Shown: positions 41,978 to 55,924 of the stretch, one piece after another
Layout of the letters: each line of letters starts with the position of its first letter
Position numbering within the stretch: the stretch's first letter is position 1
DNA from: the human T2T-CHM13v2.0 reference genome, Homo sapiens
Length of the DNA stretch: 64,000 nucleotides
Direction: 5' to 3' (one strand)
Assembly (NCBI RefSeq): GCF_009914755.1
Contig: NC_060941.1
Made by a program: the position numbers and the translations under genes
The notes under the pieces: generated by a model
Database searches by the model: none
Told to the model about the DNA's origin: nothing
Seen by the model: only the letters and a program-made list of their open reading frames with translations

Positions 41978-43821
41978 TTAGTGGAGCCCCTTATGAGCTG
42001 TCAACCCTACAAAGTAGAGCTAGTTATTGGTCTGATTATTAGACTAAAAATTTATGGTTGGAAAGGATTCTATTTCTAAATATAAACAGCACTAGAGTTT
42101 ATTCAAAATTATTTTTTCATACACATTATGTAGAAAAAGATTCTCCTAAAGGTTGTTTTTGCTTAAGAAACTCTTGTTGCACAAATTGGTATATTCTGTA
42201 TTAACTGTGATATCCCACTGGTTAAATGCTTGAATAATAAATATTATAATTGTTTATCATGTTCCCAATACAAAGCTAGATGCTGGGGTACACCTCCACC
42301 TCACCTATTCATCACACCTGAGAACTGCTCAGAAACCAGCATTGAAATTGATGGTTAGATACCTGAAAATACCTGTTTCTATGTTAAATGAACCTTTGAA
42401 ATGGTTTACAATTTCATCTCCAGGTTGTACTCTGTATGGCATGAGAATTTAGCTTCTAGCTTTTTGAAGGAATAAGTTATAAGCCAGTCTGGCAGTCGAG
42501 TAGAGGACAATACTATGGTTAGGATTTTCAGTAGTTTCCTCAGAAAACAGGATTGATGTTTCCATTAGGACACAATGCTATAAATACAGCTGTTTACTGC
42601 TGCCTGCTATTATTGTGTGCCAGGCACTGTACATAACACATATACAGTACACTGTACTCCAACAAATCTCAGAATCATCTTGCTTTTGGCAGTGAGTAGG
42701 GTAAACATTGTCTACAAGGCTGACATTCCAAATGTGCTTGTCCTTAAATGAGGAGAAGGATTATGGGGCAGGAGAATTCACTAGACTTATCTTAATTGAT
42801 GAAGATAATATTTAAAAATAGATTGGAAGGTATAATATCAATTTATATTTGAAAAAAATCCCAATCTTTTTAAAATGCAAATTATAGAGAGTAAAACACT
42901 CTGGATTTTGAACTGGGTTAACATGAATGTAAAAGATTGAGGGACTTTGTGTTAATAAATCTTACCTTCTACCTCCCCAGCCCTACACATACCTTATCAA
43001 CTGGATATGCCTTAAAGATATTAAAACCAAAACTAACTTGAAATTCAAATCCCTAAACATGGTCATAAAATCACCAGACATACTCTGTTTCTGTTTTCCA
43101 CCTTTAGTCCTTCACCCCAGCCAAACCATGCCACACCAAGCTTCTTCCCTACCGTGCTTCTCCACCATAGCCACTGCCATTTTATCTTTCCCAGAGTTCC
43201 CGGAGCCTTCACTGTCTTCATGATTAGATCCCTCCATACTCTCCATCACTAATGCCTTGGCTGGAGATTACCATTCAGAGACCATGTACTGAGCAGATAA
43301 ATGCCAATCATCACAGCATTGTCTCAGGTATCATCATTGACTCTGGGATTAAGAAACAATATGTCACTATCCTAAAAGTTAACCAAGTTATAACTCAAGA
43401 GATCGTATGATCTGTTCTAGACCACACAAGTCAACATCTGTTATAATTAATGTTAATTTGGTTTCAAAGGACAAAAAATATATAAGCTAAAGTTAAAAAG
43501 AAGGGTCTTCAGAATATGAGAAATGTCGTAAGATACTTTACAAGAAATACAACGTCTCATGTTAGTCAGTCATTAGTCACTTTTCTCTCTTCTGTCCCTG
43601 CCTTCTGCCCGCTCTGACCCTTTGTTTTATTCCCTCTCAGTTGTCACATATTTTTGCTTCTCTCTGCATATTTGCTGTATTCATTTCTGTGTACACTGGC
43701 TTTCTCTACAATAATTTTATTTTTTATTCTTCTCAATCTTAGCTTTCCATTAGCTTTGCTTCAGCATAGCAAATTCTGGTGCTAAATCTAACATTCTAAA
43801 GCCTAACATTGTAAGCCTATA

Positions 43822-43989
43822 ATTTATTTATTTATTATTTTGAGATAGATTTTCTCTCTGTCATCCAGACTGGAGTGCAGTGGCACAATCATAGCTCACT
43901 GCAGCCTTGAACTCCTAGGCTCAAGCAGTCTTCCTGCCTCAGCCTCCCAAAGTGCATGGATTAAAGGCATTTAGTCACCAAGCCAAGCC
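43822..43989 (-). mobile_element. Monomeric Alu (FRAM/FAM or collapsed AluJ)
   Basis: ggagtgcagtggcacaatcatagctcactgcagccttgaactcctaggctcaagc...cccaaagtgc. Confidence 0.8.
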
Positions 43990-46900
43990 TAAATTTATAG
44001 TATAGAGATGGAATATGGTCACCCTTGCCCAACCTCATCCTTGAGCTGAGAACCTGTGGTGTTGGATCAGTGAATACGGCAGTATCACAGAATAAAAGTC
44101 TGTTCATATGAGCCCCTCATGCTGCCCTGGACTGCTAGTGGGGCCGTATTCTAAGAAAAGGGAATTTAGAGGGAAAACAGTCATAATTATAGCAGCAGAG
44201 TCAGGTCAACTCTCCTCTGATTTCAGTCTTTGCACTTTCCACTACCCCTGGTTGAGCAAATGTCTATGTTTTTATCATCTTTGTATTCCCACAACACTTT
44301 ACAAAACATCTAGAAATTGCAGATGCTGATAAAATGTTGGTTGATGTGATGACCTTGAAGTGAATCAAACTAACATTTGCAGGTCTTTGATATTTCCCAG
44401 CCTTTCCATCTGAGAGTCAACTTTCAGTTGACTGTTAGCCAAGGTTTCCTTGAGCCAAATCCCTAGGCAGTAGTGAGAGGGAGAAATGAGAGAGACCAGG
44501 AGGGTTTTTAAGATCTATGATTAGGTTTCACGAGCAGCATTTTGAACTTGGAATAAAGGAGAACACAGAAATGAAAACTCATTCTGCCATATGGTTCCTG
44601 GACATTCTTGTGCAACTGCCAGAAAAAAAAAATGATTAAAAAAAAAAAAACCCACAAAACAACAAGGCAGCAATTGTGACAGAATAATGGAAGTCCAAAT
44701 TACAGAGGCAAGGTTCTTCTTCTGTCCTCCCTCCAGGCCTAAATGAATAAAGGCATGACACTGAGATTGAAGGCTAGTTCTACTTCAGAACCACAGAGAC
44801 ATGAGCACCAGCAAGTTTGAGGTTGGATAAGGATCTTCAGAACTCCTCAGCTTCAGATGGTCAAGCACTGCTTCCTCCCTTCTTCAACGGCATCTCTAGC
44901 ATGTATACTTCCCTTAAATCCACCTTCGTAGCATTTGCTGATGGTAATTCAGGGACTAGAAAAGCAAACTTTTAGAGATTTAATTTTTTTCTTTCTTTCC
45001 CTTGAAACTCAGGTCTTATTATTTCCCCATTTCCCTTCTTTCACACCCTGGGAAGTCCCCAGAGAAATTCACCAGTCTGGTCTGCACTGTAGTTTGGGTT
45101 GGCAGATGCTGCAGAGTTGTAAGAACCATCTATTTTTTTCCTCTTTTGCACCATTCCCTCTTCTGTTTACTTATCATCTCAAATGTTTACAATCCAGTGA
45201 GAGGCCATATAAATTTATTAAACCTCCCTGTTGTTTTTCTTTTCCTTTAAAAGAGATGTTATTTTAAGTTTTTCTTTCAGTTTCTTCTGATTTTCAGAAT
45301 AGTTCCTCGGGGCTCTCATTATTTGGATCTCCTACTGACTTAATCTGCTCTGGAGCAAGGAGCTTGGAATTTCTTTGACTTTAAGCTGCAGCATTAATCT
45401 TTCGCCCAGCCTTAAAGGGTTTAGGGTGGAGTCTCTTTCCAAAGGAGTTGCTGCCTGTGTAGCTACCAGGTTAGCAGCAAAGAAACCATATCTGGTCTCC
45501 TCTGTGGAAAGCAATCTGCCCCCTGCCAGCAGCTCAGCTTTGCAGCCACAGCAGAGCAAGCCCTGTGTTAGCTGGGGGACATTTCCAGCGAGAGGGACGG
45601 CAGGGGAAATGATGTGGACTCCATCAAGGGGAGAACTGCTCATCCATATCATCTAATTCCAGGAAGAGGCACAACAGAGTCCATGCCTTCACCTCCTCTG
45701 GCCAACTCTAATCATGAATCTCCTGTGAATCAGCTGGGAAACATGCAGAGTAATTGCTTCCCTCATGTTCTTCTTAGATTTTTTAAATGAGGATTTTAAT
45801 TTCCACACCACTGTTTTCTGACCTCTCCATTCTTTCCTTTCCTCTTTCTTGTGCACAGATATGAGATTGGGGCCCTCATTCATACTAACTGGAATTTTCC
45901 TTGGCAATGGTAGAACAGAAGCTTCTCCATTCTTTACAGATGAATTTGCTTTAAGTAAGATCTTCCCAGAGTACAAAAGAAATTTATTCGGAAAATTTCA
46001 AACTAATGTGAGTGTGTCTTTTTTATAAACTTTGATAATTTCTACTTCAGAGGCAGAGTTTTGTTAGATTGATAATTAATTCTCCACAGCTCTCAGAAAA
46101 ATGTCTTGCATATATTATGCATTTGATGAATAATTATTGAATACATGAATATAGACATATCTATAGAGTAACCTGGTCAATTTTTATGGATGACATCATA
46201 TGTTTCGCCATACAGAGCTCCATTATGCTGTGTCTATACAACAAACAGCACTGCATTCATGTTGAGTGCAAGTATGACTTCACCATTGAATATTTTTTAT
46301 CTGAATTGATCGTTTTAACCTGCTCTTCTCTAACTGTGATACCATCATGACTAGAATCCTCTCAGCTCATTCTCCTCTTTCATTTTGTCCTTTTCCCTTT
46401 ATTCTTGCTGTTTAATGTGATTCTCTCATTGGCGACATGGGCTCCCCTCAATTACGACTCTATCATTTTCCATGACAGATGGCCTTCTCACTGGAACTGG
46501 ATCCACCATCCCTTTTGCTCAGTGTCGTCTTGTTTATGTTTTAGATCCTTTGCAAGGTGAGCTACACCTCTGAGAGGAGCTCCTGGAAATTACCAGATAC
46601 TTAATGTTGCCAGCTGTTACAGATGGAGGTGATGCACCTTGATGATGCATAAGTACTGAGCCTGAATCCTACAAATGGGAAAAGGTGCTCATATCAGACT
46701 TATGCATTAGATATCAAACTACAAAATACAAGTGCAGTTGATACCTGTTTAGATGATGTAGAGCAAGGTAACAGAGTATGTATTAAAAGCAAAAATTCCC
46801 ATGAAGCTGAACCGTTACTCTCTGCCAAAACCTCCCACTCTCAAGTTTTAAGAGCCAATAAACCTTGTATCTGTACGTTCAGCTTTGCCTTTTTTTTCCC

Positions 46901-47118
46901 AGGACTGTAAACCTCTGTCAAGGTTTACCATGTTTCATTGATTTTATTTTTTCTAGCACCAACATAATGCTCATATAGTAATGAGGATGAAATAATTTAT
47001 TTTTTTCCTGCTCATCGTGTCATTGTGAATGTTCTGCTATCATACAAAAAAAACCACACTTTATTTAAAAATATTTGCTGAGCAAATATAAACCACTGTG
47101 CATTTTTCTGAGCACCAG

Positions 47119-47459
47119 TGAGACAGCCAAGTATAAAGGGGTCCCCAAAGAAACTCTGACCAGCCTGCACACTTGGAGGAGTGTACACTGGGGTGGAGCC
47201 TTGGGAAGTTCATGCTGTTTGCAGTGGGGAGGAGCCTGGCCTCTCCTGATCTGGGGTGGTAAACTGAGATTCAATCTGTGAGGCGGGAAGCATATTAGCA
47301 GGACTATTTCTTTGCTGAGAGTCCCTGTTTCCTTTTGTTTCCTTTTCACCCAATAAACCCTGCCCTTCTCACCCTTCAAAGTGTCTGTGAGCCTAATCTT
47401 TCACGGTTGTGTGACAAGAACCCAGCTTTTAGCTGAACTGAGGAGTAAGTCTTACAACA
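47119..47459 (+). mobile_element. MER61A solo LTR (ERV1)
   Basis: TGAGACAGCCAAGTATAAAGGGGTCCCC...AATAAA...GCTGAACTGAGGAGTAAGTCTTACAACA; flanks CCAG/CCAC. Confidence 0.82.
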
Positions 47460-49285
47460 CCACTATATAGTGATGAAAAAAACAAACAACCCCACCTTCA
47501 CTGAGTTTACATTTAATAAAAACACCAATAAATTCTTTATTATTCCTGCAAAATCAAATCACTTGGACAATATCCTGGCTTCCCTATATTGGTTAATCTA
47601 ATTATTCAATATTATGGTATTGTACATACTATAGACTGAATATGACCTTGTTTAATCACATTTGTGAATTTCAACTTGTCTTTATGAAGTTTCGCATATA
47701 ATCACTGACTTCTTATTGCTGTACATTTCTTTATAGTATTTTTTGAATTGATCCCTTACTTTCTAGTTCGGGTGTCTTCCTGACTCCCTCATTTCTTCCC
47801 TCTCAAATGTTTTCCAATTGGTTTTACTTTTCCTTGGCCAACCTTATTTTTATCCAGTCTACATACTCCTGTTACTTCTACCTCAGTCCAAACTCTTTTG
47901 GTTTCAGACAACAAAATCTTATTTCAAGTAAAATAAACAAAAAGGAAAAAAAATACAATATAACAATACAAAGGTATAATAAAGTATAATAAAGTAACCA
48001 AAGGAAGAAATCAGGAGAAATATTTAGAAAAAAATTGCATCAGGGATCAGACATACGGCAGAAACTGAATTTATTTTCCTGTTTTTTCCAGAAAACCATG
48101 ATTTTTCATCTTTTCTCTCTGTGTATCCTTCATAATATCTTTTCTTTTTTTAAAAAAAATTATCTTCTTTTGTGTTTTCTCTTTCTTTCTCCAGTTTGCC
48201 TTCCCTCCCAAGAATATTAATCCTTTTTTCAAGTGCATATGGCTCAAACTATATAACTTTAAGCATGCACTTTCCATGGTCTCAGTTTAGTTGCCTAACA
48301 AACCGTTTAGAATATTCCTAACTTCCTTTTTTTCCCCTAGAATTGTTGACATCTGACATCCAACTTATGCCTGCCCATTTTAGATGAGGTATTCATTTCC
48401 CATATTTTACCAAAAGTAAGGGGAAGAAGGAAGTTGGGGAATGGTGTTCAAAGCCATATCTTATAAATACAATTTCCATAGTTTCACACCAATGATGGGT
48501 GGATGGATGGGGCCAGTCCTCCCAGAGAAGGGATCCTGGATTGGGCAAATGCTCCAATTAGTGTAAAGCCTTTGGAACTTCTATTCATAGTTATACTATT
48601 CACCTTCATACTCCAGTTTCTCTTCCAACTATCACTGCCAGCCTTATGCAACCTTTTCTCTATGATTCTTATATCTTCTGCCAGATGGAGTTTATTCACT
48701 TTCTCATAATTTTCTCACTCATTGCTATATGATTTATGCAATCAGTCCTTTAAACTTCCTCTATCATATGCGTTGCAAAGAACCAAAGCCCACACTCACC
48801 ACAAAGTTTTGCTTAAATTAACCTCCCCTCTGAATGGTCTCCAGATTCTTATCCAGAGCTTATTATCATTTTGATTTTGGTATTATTATTTTTAAAAATA
48901 TAACTTACTAAATATTATATATTAATTACAATTATGCTTGTAAATCAAGTTTGGTTATTTTGTGAATTTAAGTGTTACTTCATACATCTATTTGTAAGCT
49001 TCTTAAGGGCATTTCCTCAGAAAATGTCACACAATAGCAGGAATTTAAGGTAGTAAATAGGTAATATAAAGAGAAGGATGTAAAAAATATTAAACACATT
49101 CTGTGCCAGGTGATAGGGTAGACACTAAATTAGGAAAATAAGCTCAGGAAAACTTTCCCAGAATGTTTTGATCATTTGTGACCTTACTGGAATTTAAAAC
49201 CTAATCTTTTCAATTCAAAGTCTAAAGTCTAATGGTATCTATTAAACTATGTGAAAGTAATTTTACTTGAAGGAAACACACTTTA

Positions 49286-49600
<315 letters not shown>

Positions 49601-50503
49601 TCAATGGCCCATAATTTGAGTCAGCTAATGTTGGATTAGAAAGTCTCCTCATCCATTTATTATTACTCTTCTGTATCTTTCTGAGTAACCTTGTGTTTGC
49701 CATTAATTTGGAGTCTATGGACAAGAAACTACTAAGATAGCCTGTCTTTAAACAACATTCTCTATTTCAGATTCTACATGTTTAGACTGTCAGTGCAATT
49801 AATCTGAATAAATGTATTTATTACCTTCTGCCCCAAAACGTGAGTCTGTCTTTGGGAGTTTGTAGCTTGCTTGAAAGATTATGAGACTTTTCCCATGCAG
49901 GGAATTCATATGAATTCCCTGCAGAAGGATAACATATATACTCTGGATTTGGGGACAGCCCATTGTGCCTAGTAAAAAAGATACTGTGGGAGTTAGTCAT
50001 TTTTTTATGCAGAAAATTTGAAAACATAACAGAAAGAAAAAAAAACTCTTTAGAGATTTTTCTTTTGCATTATATTTTGGTAAATGGAGACACCAAATGG
50101 TATGTTTGATAGATTCTAAGAAACTGTTCAACTAATCAACAAGCATTGGTAATTATAAAACCTCTACCATAAGCTAACTTCTATAGCACTGTTTTTTTTA
50201 AAAAAAGGAAACATGAACATCCAGTCCTCTAATCTCCAGAAATAAAGGTATAAGTGAAATAGTGGCAAATATTGCATAACTAATCACATTTTTGTTTTTG
50301 ATTTAATATTGCATTTACCACACTCACTCAGGCCTATGGTGTTTTTTTTCAACTTCAACACAAGGAGAAATGCTGGCTAAATCCCAGGCAGAGCGTGTCC
50401 TAATTTAGGCCATGCAGAAAGCACTGGACGTATTCAAATTCATGTTGGGTACAAATTGTTTCATTCTGTGACTTTTGGGAAAGCAATCAGGAGTTAAGGG
50501 TCA

Positions 50504-50767
<264 letters not shown>

Positions 50768-50939
50768 TTACTCCCTGCTTATGAGTGAGGTTTTTTCAAC
50801 ATAGTGACATCATGTCCCACCCAGCACAGTGCACACCTATACTTCCTGAGAAGTGAAACAATTTGATTCAAGGTCTCACTGTAAACAATGAAATGTTACT
50901 CTCTTGAGAGGGGAGGGTTGGACATAGCACATGGAGGTC

Positions 50940-51130
50940 AATACTTAGCAGTGGTGAGCTTGCTTCTTGGGCCTTAATAATATCTCATTTGAACCTCATA
51001 ACAGCACCATAGCATAGATCTGATTGCTAATGTTGGAAATGAGGAAACAGATGGTGAAAAGTTTAAGTATCTGAGCCAAAGCAGTCAGAATATGTCAAGG
51101 CAAGAATTTATTTGAATTCAGGTCTCCATT
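50940..51130 (-). mobile_element. MIR
   Basis: atctcatttgaacctcataacagc...aaatgaggaaacag core. Confidence 0.65.
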
Positions 51131-52104
51131 GTTCAAACTGGTAGGTGTTGGTGTCTAATTGACAGTGACACATATGATGAGAAAGCAAATACTTACTGCA
51201 TCATATTCAGAAAGGCAGTGGAAAAATACCTGATACCAAGGATAAGAATCAGCCCTTCAAATATTGGGAACTTATTTGAAACTGACCAATCCTTTAAAGT
51301 CTTCTTACTTCCTTCCCTTCTACTGAAACAAAACTCTAAAATGAAGGCACTTAGCTAATTGTATCAATAGCACTTATTTACCTTATTTTAAGGTAAAATC
51401 AAAAGTTCATATATGCTCATTAGAATCACCTTATTCCTTAGCTATCTTTAGTGCTTTCCTTCTTAACAGTGGGGATTTGGATTGCAGTTTAAAATATTTT
51501 ATGTACTACACTGCATTTCTCATTAATTTTCTGTGGTAGACACAGAAATGTTCTACCCCGATACCCCTTCAGGGAAAGACTTGCTGTGATATTAACCTGT
51601 ATCAGGGGTTGGTGTTGGGGATGGGGAGTTTTATGATGAAATTATGAGAATTAGGTATGCTTCTCCCTTCACTTTGGGAACTCTCCTCAACCAATCATAC
51701 TTCATGGAAGAGTAAAATGATTTTAATGGAGAAGCAAAGAGAAGCGAAAATTCATGATATTTTGAATTTCAAAACTCAATATAATAATTTCAAGAATATG
51801 ATAAAACTTTCGGGAATTTTTTTGAACTCAAGTCTAAGATTAAACAAGGGGCAAAGAAGAACTTACTAGAAGGAGTTTTATTTTATTTTATTTTTCTGCC
51901 AGGATTCCTCTGGCACAGAAGACTAGATGAAACCTCTGCCTGGCATGGTCCCTATGAAGAAAGTAGCCTCAGCTACATAAGGAATATTCTCAAAGTCCCA
52001 ATCTGCCAGTCTGGTAGTAGTAGAACAGTAGAATTCCTCCATGTATAAGGCAGAGAAGCAAGCTTGACAGAGAATGAAGTTGAGAGCCCCAAAGAGTCTT
52101 TTTA

Positions 52105-52475
52105 AAAAAAAATTTATTTTCATAGGTTTTTGGGAAACAGATAATATTTGGTTACATGAGTAAGTTCTTTAGTGGTGATTTGTGAGATTTTGGTGCACTC
52201 ATCACCTGAGCAGGATACACTGAAACCAATTTGTAGTCTTTTATCCCTCACCCCCTCCCACACGTTCCCCTGAGTCCCCAAAGTCAATTGTATAATTCTT
52301 ACGCCTTTGCATCCTCATAGCTTAGCTCCCACTTATGAGAGAACATACGATGTTTAATTTTATATTCTGGAGTTATTTTAGTTAGAATAATAGTCTCCAG
52401 TTCCATCCAGGTTTCTATGAATGGCATTAATTTATTCCTTTTTTGGCTGAATAGTATTCCATGGTATATAATGGA

Positions 52476-52524
<49 letters not shown>

Positions 52525-53578
52525 TATATATATACACACATATATATGCACACATATATATACACACATATATATATACACACATATATATACACACACA
52601 CATATATATATACACACATATATATATCTCTCACAATTTATTTACGCACTCATTGATTGATGGGAATTAGGGATGGCTCCATATTTTTGCAGTTGCAAAT
52701 TTTGCTTCTATAAACGTGTGTGCAAGTGTCTTTTTCTCTGGGTAGATACCTACTAGTGGGATTGCTGGATCGAATGGTGGTTTTACTTTTAGTTCTTTAA
52801 AGAATCTCCACACTGTTTTCCATAGTGGTTGTACTAGTTTACAGTCCCACCAGCCATGTAGAAGTGTTCCCTTTTTACCACATCCATGCCAACATCTATT
52901 ATTTTTTTTTATTATGGCCATTCTTGCAAGAGTGAGGTGGTATCACATTGTGGTTTTGATTTGCATTTCCCTGATCATTAGTGATGTTGAGCATTTTTTC
53001 ATATGTTTGTTGGCCATTTGTATGTCTTTTTTTGAGGGTTGTCTATTTGTCTTCAGTCCACTTTTTGATGGAATTTTTTTTTTCTTGCTAATTTGTTTGA
53101 GTTCCTTGTAGACTCTGGATATTAATTCTTTGTCGGATGTGTAGATTTTCTCCCACTCTGTGGGTTGTCTGTTTACTCTGCTGACTGTTCCTTTTGCCGT
53201 GCAGAAGCTCTTTAGTTTAATTAAGTCCCACCAATTTATCTTATTTTATTGCATTAGCTTTTGGGTTCTTGGTCATGAAGTGTTTGCCTTACTTAAACCA
53301 AAGTCTAGAAAGGTTTTTCCGATGTTATCTTCTATAATTTTTACAGTTTCAGGTCTTAGATTTAAATCCTGGATCCATCTTGAGTTGATTTTTACATAAT
53401 GTGAGAGATGAGAGTGCAGTTTCATTATCCTACATGTGGCTTGCCAATTATCCCAGCACCATTTGCTGAATCGGGTGTCCTTTTCCTACTTTATGTTTTT
53501 GTTTTCTTTGTTGGAGATCAATTGGCTGTATTTGAGTTTATTCGGGTTCCCTATTCTGTTCCATTGGTCTGTGTGCCT
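52105..53578 (-). mobile_element. L1PB1-like 3' portion
   Basis: Antisense 3'UTR (ttacatgagtaagttctttagtggtgatttgtgag) and ORF2 end ([22 protein letters not shown]). Confidence 0.9.
52476..52630. repeat. (TA)n(CA)n compound microsatellite inside L1PB
   Basis: Directly visible. Confidence 0.97.
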
Positions 53579-53717
53579 AGACTTCAAGTATGGAGTCTTG
53601 AAGTTCTGACTGGGTTTGTTGTTCTGGAATACTTCATCATGAATATATTGTGAGAGATTGGATACTAGATTAGCTAAAGATTAGCTAAAGAGAAATATTA
53701 AGAGAAAAAGTGGAGGA

Positions 53718-54141
53718 TGTGTTAGTCTATTTTACACTATTATAAAGGAATACTTGAAGCTGGGTAATTTATATAAAAAAAAGAGGTCTATTTGACTCAC
53801 ACCTCTGCAGACTGTAAAAGAAGCATGGTGCCAGCATCCATTTCTGGCAGGACATCAGGAAGCTTTTACTTAGGGTGGAAGGCAAGGAGAACTGAGGCAT
53901 GCCCCATGGTGAGAGAGGGAACAAGAGAGTCAAGGGGGAGGTGGCACATTCTTTTAAATCAACCAGCTCTCTATGTAAACTAATAGAGCCAGAACTCACT
54001 CATTACTGAGGGGACGGCACCAAGCCATTCATGAAGGATCTGCCCACAAGACACAAACACCTCCCACGAGATCCTGCCTCCAACATTGGAGATCACATTT
54101 CAGTGTGAGATTTGGAGAGGACAAATACCCAAACCATATTA
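53718..54141 (-). mobile_element. MSTB solo LTR (MaLR)
   Basis: tgtgttagtctattt...aagcatggtgccagcatc...caaaccatatta; perfect 5-bp TSD GAGGA. Confidence 0.88.
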
Positions 54142-55924
54142 GAGGAAGAAGAGGAAAGAGAGGATTAGGAGACAGGGAGAAAGGGTGGGAGAGAAAGAAT
54201 GAAGGAAAGGAAGAAATCAGTAGAAAAAATAATAATTTCCCAGGGCTACCAATTTGGAAAAGTTATTACTGAAAGAATCAGAAAATTAGCCAATATATCT
54301 GTCTAAATACTCCATGTTTTCTTGAATCCTATCTTCTTATCCCCTTCCCTCATAGTCAGGAGCTCCACAGTATCAGTGTAAAAGTGCTCCTGAGAGATAA
54401 GTTGGTAAAAAATTGTTGCAGATCAGTCTGTCATATTTCAAGTCACTGAATGGCATCTGTTCTCTATGAAATACAGTGTGATCTCATCTTCTAAATGAGA
54501 TGAAAATGATAGCTTGGGAGGGGATGAAAAATACAAATACATTGCAGTGTTTAAACAAATCAATGTTCCACTTTACTTTGAAAGCCACCAAACAAACAAT
54601 TGACACCCAGCAGGGCTGGCACTTAAGGCAGCTCCAGGCAGCTACCACACCAGCCATTTATTTCCATTTCCTGATACCCTTGGAACATCATTAGCAACAG
54701 GGAAGCATTAAGACCGCAAGTGGGACAGATTAACATCTGTCTAGGTAACTGTGAGAGCTAATCTGTTTGTAACACTAGAGAGATGCTTAGAAATTCACTT
54801 TTGCTGATGCATTTGCCTCTCCAGATTGACTGCAAACATCATTGCCAAAGGGGTTCCTTCAGTTTTGTCTGTCTCCATGGAAAAACTTAAATTTTTCCCT
54901 AAAGAAAATGATTAGGGATTGCCTTTGCATTGCAATCCAAAGGCAGCCCATGCTTTTCTAAGTGATTTATACTTTTCCTCATGAAAAAGAGATGTCTCCT
55001 ATAATAAACCTTAAAAGACAGGCCACAAAGTGGGAGAAAAAGTAGTATCTTAATGCCTTCTTATGCACGTTCTTGAATGTTCTCTCTCTCTCTGTGTTTC
55101 CCCAAAAGATAAATGTTTTAGGTAAATAATCAACCAAGGTCTCGATTTTCTCCTTTGCTTTCAGAGTATGTTGTCAAGCTTTGTAAATTTTTTAGCAGCT
55201 GTCAGAGTAAATTTATTACCAGAGATGTCTACATTCTTATGTAATCCAGAAGGGAAAGTTCTGGTGATGGGTTCTGTTTCAGCCTTTGAAGACCAAATGT
55301 CTAGCAAGATTAGGATGCAAAAACAGAGTTGGCCATATGAAATCTCCAACTGCCATCTATTATGCAGTAATGAATAAAAACAGATCATCCTAAATTGCAC
55401 CACTTGCAACTTCCCTTCAGTCACATAACCAACAACTACATAGAAAAGCTAGCTTGTCTGGAATTATAAATACATGCTTTTGAAGATTAAATATGCGGTG
55501 GATGTATTTTACCGAAAAAGAAGATAATAGGTTCCTACTTTAGTGCATAATTTGTTTTAAAAAATGCAGAAACAAACAAACAAAGCACAGTTCCTGAAGT
55601 CCAGTGGGAAAAAAAATAGGTAAAATAGAAAAAAGAAAAAAATCATCATTATTTATAGAGAGAATACTAATATCTGCTCCCTTCAGAGTCTGGGGAGAAT
55701 TCTCCTGTCATTATGGAAAGTGACATTTGAAACATGGGTTAGGGATTTCAAACAAAAAACATTTCGTGACCTAAATGGCTTGCGATTAAGACAATGCCAT
55801 GCATATAAAAATTAAACATAGCATGGGATCTACACAAACATGCAAGCATAGATTTATAGATAGCCATTAGGTGTCTGTAGCCAATGTGAAGCTATGTTAC
55901 AAATAGGTAGATAAATTATCTATG

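Noticed and set aside
41750-42079. 109-aa ORF with a signal-peptide-like Leu run
   Set aside because: Produced by the CCT/CTT low-complexity tract
52299-52670. Overlapping Y/I/H/T/C/V-rich ORFs
   Set aside because: Translations of a (TA)(CA) microsatellite
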